From contig NZ_CP011035.1 of NCBI RefSeq assembly GCF_001465295.1, forward strand, positions 720,001-752,000: a stretch of DNA of 32,000 nt. Direction: 5' to 3'. The notes beneath the pieces are model-generated. The model was given only the letters and a program-made list of their open reading frames with translations. It was not told the origin of the DNA and ran no database searches. Both the position numbers and the translations under genes were made by a program. The DNA comes from Pseudoalteromonas translucida KMM 520. Lineage in GTDB: Bacteria; Pseudomonadota; Gammaproteobacteria; Enterobacterales; Alteromonadaceae. How positions within the stretch are numbered: the first letter of the stretch is position 1; every line of letters begins with the position of its first letter. Below are positions 24,915 to 32,000 of this stretch, piece by piece.

Positions 24915-27900
24915 TTAATCGCTAAGTAGGTGTGCAAGTAACTCAATTGGATGTTTAGGTTTAAATTTTTCATAGCGTTTAACTTGGCTACGACAAGAAA
25001 ACCCCGTTGATAATAGTTGCTCGGGTTTATTTTTATCTACAATAGGTTTCCAACTCATTTCGTATAGTGCGCGCGAGTTGTTTTGGTTTTGTGCTTCGTG
25101 ACCATAAGTACCCGCCATACCGCAACAACCAGTACTGGTTTTTTTTAATGTTAAGCCAATATCGGTAAAAATATTTTGCCAAACACTCGCAGCTTTTGGT
25201 AATGCGGTAGTTTCGGTACAGTGGCTTAATAAAGTAAATTCAGTATTAGTATTTTGTTTAGCTTTTAATTGCGTAAACGATTGAGTTTGCAACCACTCGT
25301 GGGCAAGTTGCACATGAAAGTCACCTCGGTTATTTTCTAAAATTGTATTGTACTCATCGCGGTAACACATAACTAATGAAGCATCTAAACCAACCATTGG
25401 TGCATTAATGTCGTTAAGTTTATTTAAAAACTCCGCGGCGTTTTTTGCTGTTACTTTAAACTCATGCAAAAAACCTTTTACATGCTGCGGTTTTCCATTG
25501 GGTTTAAAAGGCAATAGCATTGGCTTTTTGCCAAGCTGAGTAATAAGCGTAATAAAACTCTCTACTAATTCTGCTTCATAAAAACTAGTGAATGGGTCTT
25601 GTACTATTAATACATATTCGTTTTGTTGCTCAGCACTGAGTTTATTTAGTAATTCAAAATTAAAAGTGTGAGTTTTGTTTACCCGATTAGTTAGTGCGGG
25701 AATACTTAATTGTGGTGTATTTACATAACCCACGGTTTTTTTAATAATGTTACTAACTAGGTTTGTACTTACTATAGGATTAATAATACGTGCAAATTTA
25801 GCCATTAATGGCGCACTAACTTCTATATTGCCAACTAGGTAATCTTTAAGAGGACGTGCGTAGTAACTATGATAATAATTTAAAAAACGCGAACGAAAAG
25901 TAGGTACATCTACTTTAATTGGGCAAGCAGTAGTACATGCTTTACAGGCTAAACATTCGTCCATTGAAGCTTTAACCTCGTGAGAAAAGTCGTAAACGCC
26001 TTTGTTTTTTTCACGACTATGAACAAAACGTTCCCACCAGGTAATTACTTCGCCTTTATTCAGTTGCTTTTCGACCTCAAGTAAATCTATATCTTTTGCT
26101 TCTTGTAGGCGCAACCATTCACGCATTAAACTTGCGCGACCTTTAGGTGAATGTCGGCGATCACCGGTTACTTTATACGACGGACACATTGGTGAGTTTT
26201 CATCGTAGTTAAAGCATATACCGTTACCGTTACAGGTCATGGCATTATTAAAACTTGTTTTTACATCAATAGATATTTGTTTATCGAACCATGATCGTTT
26301 TTGTCCATCAACACTAACTAGTGAGTCTTCACTATCGATAGGTGTGCATATTTTACCTGGGTTTATTCGGTTGTTTGGATCAAACGCAGTTTTTATTTTA
26401 CGTAACTGAGTAAATAAATGTTCGCCAAAAAAAGCTGGGCCATATTCGCTACGATACCCTTTACCGTGTTCGCCCCACATTAAACCACCGTATTTAGCGG
26501 TGAGTTTGACCACTTCATCTGAAATAACACGCAATAGTTTTTCTTGTTCTGGATCGCACATATCGAGCGCGGGCCTAACATGTAAAACTCCAGCGTCAAC
26601 ATGGCCGAACATTCCATATTGTAAATTATGGCTGTCGAGTAATGCTCTAAACTCTACTATATAATCAGCTAAGTTTTCAGGTGGTACAGCGGTGTCTTCT
26701 GCAAAAGCGAGTGGTTTTTGGCTGCCTTTTACATTACCTAAAAGCCCGACTGATTTTTTACGCATGGCATAAATTTTTAAAATATCACTTTTATTACTGG
26801 TTAGCTGATAACCAATAACACCATTAGTTTGCTGTGCCACGCACTGATCTAATAGGTTGCACAAAGTGTCTACTTTGTCTTTTATATCCTCTGGCGATAC
26901 AGCATTAAACTCAACCATGTTGAGCCCTTGCATATCTTTATTAGGAATGTCGGTTATTAAGTCCGATACTGAATGCCAAATAATATCTTGGCGTGCTAAG
27001 TTTAAAACTTTGCTATCGACGGTTTCAACCGAAGTTGCTCGCGCAGCTACCAAAAATGGTGAATGACGTAGTGCCGAATCAAAACTATCATACTTAATAT
27101 TAATCAGGGTTTTAAATTCAGCAATGGGGGTTAGCTTTAATTTAGCCTCGGTAACTATACCTAATGACCCTTCAGAACCGGTAATTAAACGGCTCATATC
27201 AAAAGTGTGTAAGTCATCACTTAGCACATGCTCTAGGTCATACCCGGTTAAAAAGCGGTTTAATCTAGGAAATTTAGCTAATACAGCTTCGCGCTCATTT
27301 AGTGCAATATCTAAAACGGTTTTATATAAATGACCAACAAATGTTTCTTGCTCTGCGATTACTTTTGCTTTTTCTGTATCAATAGCTGCAGTACACATAG
27401 GTGTACCATCGACCAAATAAGTTGTTAGCCCTAAAACATGGTCACTCGTTTTACCGTAAACTAGCGAGCCTTGACCCGATGCATCAGTGCTGATCATACC
27501 GCCAATGGTTGCTCTATTACTGGTAGATAAGTCGGGAGAAAAGAAAAAACCATACGGTTTTAAAAAGTCATTAAGCTGATCTTTTATTACCCCAGTTTGT
27601 ACACGTACCCAGCCTTCTTGCGTGTTTATTTCGAGTATTTCACGCATGTATCGTGATAAATCGACAATAATGCCTGGGGTTAATGATTGCCCGTTAGTCC
27701 CAGTGCCGCCGCCGCGCGGACCAAATGTTAACGATAAAAAGGGGTCGCGAGATGCTGTTTGCAACGCAAGTTGAATATCTTTTTCGGTTTTAGGAAAAAT
27801 AACACCTTGCGGTAGCTCTTGGTAAATACTGTTATCGGTTGAAGCTGTTATGCGGGTTGCATAACTTGCGTCAGTGTCTCCAGTAAACCCTTGATTTTTA

Positions 27901-27965
27901 ATGGTACTTAAGTAATTTGCGACAACTTCTGTCGCGGCATCTTGCTGTGTAATAGTTGCTATCAT
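24915..27965 (-). CDS. ydiJ: FAD-binding and 4Fe-4S-binding oxidoreductase YdiJ (D-2-hydroxyglutarate dehydrogenase-type)
   Basis: 1016 aa. The N-terminal FAD/PCMH region is QGFTGDT..SYA.R...STDNSIYQ.LP...FP...PRGGGTGTNGQS...GWVRV..GVIKDQLN...STSNRATIGGMISTDASGQGSLVYGKTSDHVLG. A central ferredoxin-type CxxCxxC cluster is present (CLACKACTTACP), and the C-terminus is Cys-rich. Length and motifs match E. coli YdiJ as remembered. Confidence 0.9.
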   Translation of the reverse strand: MIATITQQDAATEVVANYLSTIKNQGFTGDTDASYATRITASTDNSIYQELPQGVIFPKTEKDIQLALQTASRDPFLSLTFGPRGGGTGTNGQSLTPGIIVDLSRYMREILEINTQEGWVRVQTGVIKDQLNDFLKPYGFFFSPDLSTSNRATIGGMISTDASGQGSLVYGKTSDHVLGLTTYLVDGTPMCTAAIDTEKAKVIAEQETFVGHLYKTVLDIALNEREAVLAKFPRLNRFLTGYDLEHVLSDDLHTFDMSRLITGSEGSLGIVTEAKLKLTPIAEFKTLINIKYDSFDSALRHSPFLVAARATSVETVDSKVLNLARQDIIWHSVSDLITDIPNKDMQGLNMVEFNAVSPEDIKDKVDTLCNLLDQCVAQQTNGVIGYQLTSNKSDILKIYAMRKKSVGLLGNVKGSQKPLAFAEDTAVPPENLADYIVEFRALLDSHNLQYGMFGHVDAGVLHVRPALDMCDPEQEKLLRVISDEVVKLTAKYGGLMWGEHGKGYRSEYGPAFFGEHLFTQLRKIKTAFDPNNRINPGKICTPIDSEDSLVSVDGQKRSWFDKQISIDVKTSFNNAMTCNGNGICFNYDENSPMCPSYKVTGDRRHSPKGRASLMREWLRLQEAKDIDLLEVEKQLNKGEVITWWERFVHSREKNKGVYDFSHEVKASMDECLACKACTTACPIKVDVPTFRSRFLNYYHSYYARPLKDYLVGNIEVSAPLMAKFARIINPIVSTNLVSNIIKKTVGYVNTPQLSIPALTNRVNKTHTFNFELLNKLSAEQQNEYVLIVQDPFTSFYEAELVESFITLITQLGKKPMLLPFKPNGKPQHVKGFLHEFKVTAKNAAEFLNKLNDINAPMVGLDASLVMCYRDEYNTILENNRGDFHVQLAHEWLQTQSFTQLKAKQNTNTEFTLLSHCTETTALPKAASVWQNIFTDIGLTLKKTSTGCCGMAGTYGHEAQNQNNSRALYEMSWKPIVDKNKPEQLLSTGFSCRSQVKRYEKFKPKHPIELLAHLLSD

Positions 27966-28112
27966 GACGGCGATATTTTAAGGCATTTGGTCAATTATAT
28001 CATGCTGTGGGGTAATAGAAATTGAAGATTTTACAGTTTGTAACACTCTTTTAATCGATTTTATTCGCACTGCAATTATACTCAAGTTAACAGTTACTAG
28101 GGGGCTTTAACT

Positions 28113-28322
28113 ATGAAAAAAATACTATTACTTTTAGCCGGTGTATTGTGCATGTTACTGGGTTTATTTTTTGCGATTGTACCTGGACCATCGTTAATAT
28201 TTATTATGGCGGGATTATTGTGCTTTTCTTTTGACTACCCAAAAGCAAGGCATTATTTGGGGCTTTGTCAAAAAGCGTTAACTAAATCTTGCCGATATTT
28301 AGATAAAAAATTAGCACGTTAA
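28113..28322 (+). CDS. Small two-helix membrane protein (possibly PGPGW-type)
   Basis: 69 aa with two hydrophobic segments (ILLLLAGVLCMLLGLFFAIVPGPSLIFIMAGLLCF). RBS AGGGGG at 28100-28105. Confidence 0.5.
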   Translation: MKKILLLLAGVLCMLLGLFFAIVPGPSLIFIMAGLLCFSFDYPKARHYLGLCQKALTKSCRYLDKKLAR

Positions 28323-28346
28323 AACTTTGTTTTAAATTACACAAAC

Positions 28347-28375
28347 AAAAATGCCAGCAAAAGCTGGCATTTTTA
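28347..28375. terminator. Bidirectional terminator between the small membrane gene and ppsA
   Basis: AAAAATGCCAGC (28347-28358) pairs with GCTGGCATTTTT (28363-28374) around the loop AAAA. Confidence 0.88.
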
Positions 28376-28388
28376 TTACACAAAGTAA

Positions 28389-30764
28389 TTATTTAGCTAG
28401 TTTTTCAGCTAAGTATAACCATGTTTCTAGTACTGTATCTGGGTTTAATGAAACAGAGTCGATGCCCTGCTCTACTAACCATGCTGCAAAGTCTTCATGA
28501 TCAGAAGGACCTTGACCACAAATACCTACATACTTGCCTTTTTCTTTAGCTGTTTTAATTGCCATAGAAAGTAGCTTTTTGATTGCAGGGTCGCGTTCAT
28601 CAAATAAATGTGCGATTAAACCTGAGTCACGGTCTAAACCAAGCGTTAGCTGAGTTAAGTCGTTTGAACCGATAGAAAAACCATCAAAATGCTCTAAAAA
28701 CTCTTCAGCTAATAGTGCGTTTGAAGGCAGTTCACACATCATAATTACTTTTAGACCATTATCGCCACGTTTAAGGCCATGCTCTTCAAGTAGTTCAATA
28801 ACACGCTTACCTTCTTCAACGGTACGTACGAATGGGATCATGATTTCGATATTAGTCATGTCCATGCCGTTTCTTACGCGTTTAATTGCTTCACACTCTA
28901 GTGCAAAACAGTCGCGGAAAGCTTCTGACACATAACGAGCGGCGCCACGAAAACCTATCATAGGGTTTTCTTCTTCCGGTTCGTATTGTTGGCCGCCAAC
29001 TAAGTTTGCGTATTCGTTTGATTTAAAATCAGACATACGAACAATTACACGCTCTGGTGCAAATGCACACGCAAGAGTAGAAATACCTTCAACCAATTTA
29101 GAGATATAAAACTCTACCGGAGATTCATAACCGGCCATCATGTCGGTAATCTCTGCTTTTAACGCATCACTTTGTGCATCAAAATTAAGTAGTGCTTTAG
29201 GGTGAACGCCAATCATACGGTTGATAATAAATTCAACACGGGCTAGGCCAACACCTGAATGCGGTAAACGAGCAAAATCGAATGCACGATCTGGATTACC
29301 TACGTTCATCATTACTTTAATTGGTAGCTCAGGCATTTCGTCAACACGAGAAGTAAGCACTTCAAAGTCTAAAATACCTTCGTAAATGAAACCTGTATCG
29401 CCTTCGGCACATGATACGGTAACTTCTTGACCAGCTTTAATTAAATCAGTTGCGTTACCACAACCAACAACGGCTGGAATACCAAGTTCACGTGCAATAA
29501 TTGCAGCATGACAAGTACGGCCACCACGATTTGTAACAATCGCTGCAGCACGTTTCATGATAGGTTCCCAATCTGGGTCGGTCATGTCGGTAACTAAAAT
29601 GTCGCCTACTTGAACCTGATCCATCTCTTTGATTGAGTTAAGAACACGAACAACACCGCTACCAATTTTATGACCAATTGCACGGCCTTCAACAACAACC
29701 TTGCTGGTGCCATTTAATTGAAAACGTTCCATTACGTTGGCATCTTCGTTTGAGCGAACCGTTTCTGGACGAGCTTGAACTATATATAGTTTGCCGTCGT
29801 TACCGTCTTTTGCCCATTCGATGTCCATTGGACGACCGTAATGTTTTTCGATGATTACAGCTTGCTTGGCAAGTTCTTGCACTTCTTCATCTGTAATCGA
29901 AAATTTATTTGAAAGCGCAGGCTCTACGTCAATAATTTCTACTTGCTTGCCGTGTGCTTTGTCTTCTGAGTAAATCATTTGGATGGCTTTAGAGCCAATG
30001 TTACGACGTACTACAGAAGGCTTGTTTTTAAGTAATGTTGGTTTATGAACATAAAATTCATCAGGGTTTACTGCGCCCTGTACAACCATTTCGCCTAGCC
30101 CGTAGCTTGATGTGATAAATACAACATCTTCAAAACCAGACTCGGTATCAATACTAAACATAACGCCAGATGCTGATTTATCTGAACGAACCATGCGTTG
30201 TACACCAGCAGACAGTGCAACACCACGGTGATCGTACCCTTGGTGAACACGGTAAGAGATAGCGCGGTCGTTAAATAATGAAGCAAATACGTGTTTAATA
30301 GCGACCATTACTGAGTCAATACCAACAACGTTTAAGAAAGTTTCTTGCTGGCCTGCGAATGATGCGTCTGGCATGTCTTCAGCGGTAGCTGATGAACGTA
30401 CTGCAAATGAAACATCGGCTGCTGTGTCGCCGTGGAGTTGGCTGTATGCTTCGCGAATGGCTTTATCTAGATTAGGTTGGAATGGTGTATCGATTATCCA
30501 TTGGCGGATATCGGCACCGACTTTAGCGAGTGTATTCACATCTTCAACATCAAGTGTATCTAGAATGTCGTGAATTTTTGCGGTGAGTCCTGATTGATCT
30601 AAAAACTCATTAAAAGCATCAGCGGTAGTTGCAAAACCACCCGGCACTTGTACACCTGCGTTTGCTAGGTTTGAAATCATTTCGCCAAGTGAAGCGTTTT
30701 TACCGCCAACACGAGGAACATCTTGCATACCAAGCTCTTGATACCAGAGAACGTATTCTTGCAC
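28389..30764 (-). CDS. ppsA: Phosphoenolpyruvate synthase
   Basis: [30 protein letters not shown]... matches the PpsA N-terminus. The phospho-His region [21 protein letters not shown] and the C-terminal PEP-utilising TIM-barrel motifs are present. A GTG start at 30764 with RBS GGAGAA (30776-30771) gives about 791 aa, comparable to E. coli. The ORF-track start at 30806 adds 14 non-conserved residues. Confidence 0.95.
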   Translation of the reverse strand: MQEYVLWYQELGMQDVPRVGGKNASLGEMISNLANAGVQVPGGFATTADAFNEFLDQSGLTAKIHDILDTLDVEDVNTLAKVGADIRQWIIDTPFQPNLDKAIREAYSQLHGDTAADVSFAVRSSATAEDMPDASFAGQQETFLNVVGIDSVMVAIKHVFASLFNDRAISYRVHQGYDHRGVALSAGVQRMVRSDKSASGVMFSIDTESGFEDVVFITSSYGLGEMVVQGAVNPDEFYVHKPTLLKNKPSVVRRNIGSKAIQMIYSEDKAHGKQVEIIDVEPALSNKFSITDEEVQELAKQAVIIEKHYGRPMDIEWAKDGNDGKLYIVQARPETVRSNEDANVMERFQLNGTSKVVVEGRAIGHKIGSGVVRVLNSIKEMDQVQVGDILVTDMTDPDWEPIMKRAAAIVTNRGGRTCHAAIIARELGIPAVVGCGNATDLIKAGQEVTVSCAEGDTGFIYEGILDFEVLTSRVDEMPELPIKVMMNVGNPDRAFDFARLPHSGVGLARVEFIINRMIGVHPKALLNFDAQSDALKAEITDMMAGYESPVEFYISKLVEGISTLACAFAPERVIVRMSDFKSNEYANLVGGQQYEPEEENPMIGFRGAARYVSEAFRDCFALECEAIKRVRNGMDMTNIEIMIPFVRTVEEGKRVIELLEEHGLKRGDNGLKVIMMCELPSNALLAEEFLEHFDGFSIGSNDLTQLTLGLDRDSGLIAHLFDERDPAIKKLLSMAIKTAKEKGKYVGICGQGPSDHEDFAAWLVEQGIDSVSLNPDTVLETWLYLAEKLAK

Positions 30765-31077
30765 GGATCTTTCTCCAAAAAAACAAATTGTAGTACTAAA
30801 TACCAACTAATTAACATTTAATCATTTTAGCGAGTTAGACATTGTATTAACAAGTTAAAAATTTTCATGTAGAACAACTACCTGTTAATTTTTATGTTGC
30901 TAATAAAGCGCTTCCTATCGCTATAATTGACTATTTACTTAATACAATCGATATAACTGTGAGAGTTAAGAAAGAAAACCTTTTATAAAGGTCACACCCA
31001 TTCTACACTGGCAACAGTCCTCACGTAAACCGTGAGAAACTTAATTTTAAAATTAAAAGTAATAAAAAAGAGGATTT

Positions 31078-31887
31078 ATGAGAACTGCTTTTTATATTTC
31101 AGATGGCACAGCAATTACTTCTGAGGTTTTTGGCCATGCTACTTTGTCACTGTTCCCTGTTGAATTTAATCATAAAACCATTCCCTTTGTAGAAACAGAA
31201 GAGAAAGCGCATCAAATTAAAGAGTTAATTAACGCAACGGCAAAAAGAGATGGTGAAAAGCCTTTAATATTTTTTACCTTTGTAAATTACAACTTAACTG
31301 AAATTATTAGCTCTGCTAATGCAGTGTGTTATGACTTTTTGACAACCTATAGCGAAAAAATAGAAAAAGAACTAAATGTAGCGCCAGTACCAAAAATTCA
31401 TCGCACTCACTCTATTCATGAAAAAAGCTATGACTTTAGAATTGATGCGGTTAACTACGCGTTGATGAATGATGATGGCGGTAATATTAAAAACTATGGC
31501 GAAGCCGATATTATTTTAATTGGTGTGAGCCGCAGTGGTAAAACTCCAACAAGTTTATATTTAGCACTACAATATGGGATTAAAGCGGCTAACTACCCAA
31601 TCACCGAAGACGACCTTGAAACCGAAGGCTTGCCTAAATGCTTAATACCTTTTAAACATAAATTATTTGGTTTAACTATTGATCCTGAGCGCCTTGCTGC
31701 CATTAGAGACCGACGCATGGCTAACTCTAAATATGCTTCTATTCGTCAATGTCGTATTGAAGTACGCGAAGTAGAAATGCTGTACAAGCGCAATAGAATC
31801 CCATTTTTAAACTCTACTCATCACTCAGTAGAAGAAATATCGGCGAAGATTATATCTGATACTGATTTAGAGCGCCGTAAGTACTAA
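31078..31887 (+). CDS. ppsR: PEP synthase regulatory protein (bifunctional kinase/pyrophosphorylase)
   Basis: MRTAFYISDGTAITSEVFGHA... and the P-loop GVSRSGKTPTSLYLA. It is divergent from ppsA, as in enterobacteria. RBS AAGAGGA lies upstream. Confidence 0.95.
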   Translation: MRTAFYISDGTAITSEVFGHATLSLFPVEFNHKTIPFVETEEKAHQIKELINATAKRDGEKPLIFFTFVNYNLTEIISSANAVCYDFLTTYSEKIEKELNVAPVPKIHRTHSIHEKSYDFRIDAVNYALMNDDGGNIKNYGEADIILIGVSRSGKTPTSLYLALQYGIKAANYPITEDDLETEGLPKCLIPFKHKLFGLTIDPERLAAIRDRRMANSKYASIRQCRIEVREVEMLYKRNRIPFLNSTHHSVEEISAKIISDTDLERRKY

Positions 31888-31920
31888 CTTATATTTGTGG
31901 TTAGCTTAACTAGAAAGTAT

Positions 31921-31950
31921 AAAAAACGCCGCTTAATTAGCGGCGTTTGT
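31921..31950. terminator. Terminator after ppsR (probably bidirectional)
   Basis: AAACGCCGCT (31924-31933) pairs with AGCGGCGTTT (31939-31948) around a 5-nt loop. An A-run lies upstream and T-rich sequence downstream. Confidence 0.8.
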
Positions 31951-32000
31951 ATTTAGGGGATTCATTTTACTTATTTGCGTGCGTCTTTTAATAAATCGGC

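Noticed and set aside
30765-30806. An upstream ATG start for ppsA ([14 protein letters not shown]-).
   Set aside because: The GTG at 30764 has a GGAGAA RBS, and the resulting N-terminus aligns with the conserved ...[19 protein letters not shown] start of PpsA.
31971-32000. A possible 3' end of a minus-strand gene at the window edge (reverse complement reads ADLLKDARK-stop).
   Set aside because: Only 9 codons are visible, so neither the product nor coding status can be supported. The bidirectional terminator at 31921-31950 is merely consistent with a convergent gene.

Overview
This window looks like a chromosomal segment of an AT-rich marine gammaproteobacterium. The proteins look Alteromonadales/Pseudoalteromonas-like, but the taxon is inference. 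It is densely coding, with about 29 genes. No rRNA, tRNA, CRISPR array, IS/transposase or prophage gene was recognised.

Gene order:
- the tail of a TonB2-type cluster (tonB 3' end, then a TPR protein)
- a surface lipoprotein plus a TonB-dependent receptor
- asd
- a NaChBac-type voltage-gated channel (minus strand)
- a run of small orphan or secreted genes, including a translationally coupled YwbE-DUF4240 pair
- LexA-controlled umuDC (minus strand)
- a divergent MarR / siderophore-interacting-protein pair
- a YhbW-like LLM oxidoreductase
- a YjjU-like patatin
- an Lrp/AsnC regulator divergent from an ornithine cyclodeaminase + guanidino-modifying hydrolase operon, followed by an AGCS symporter
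- a second, divergent patatin
- a SYLF lipoprotein
- an orphan tyrosine recombinase whose stop overlaps the start of a CPA1 antiporter
- ydiJ, a small membrane protein, and divergent ppsA / ppsR

Most gene boundaries carry clear rho-independent hairpins.

I could not identify a clear-cut multi-gene novel system such as a defence island. The best candidates for something undescribed are:
1. the recombinase-antiporter coupled pair with repeat motifs upstream (22.3-24.9 kb)
2. the beta-helix-like lipoprotein / TonB-dependent receptor pair (2.0-6.4 kb)
3. a native bacterial voltage-gated channel with an E-D-W-x-D, calcium-like selectivity filter
4. the cyclodeaminase + amidinotransferase-superfamily operon

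All functional calls come from reading the translations against remembered family motifs. No database search was run.
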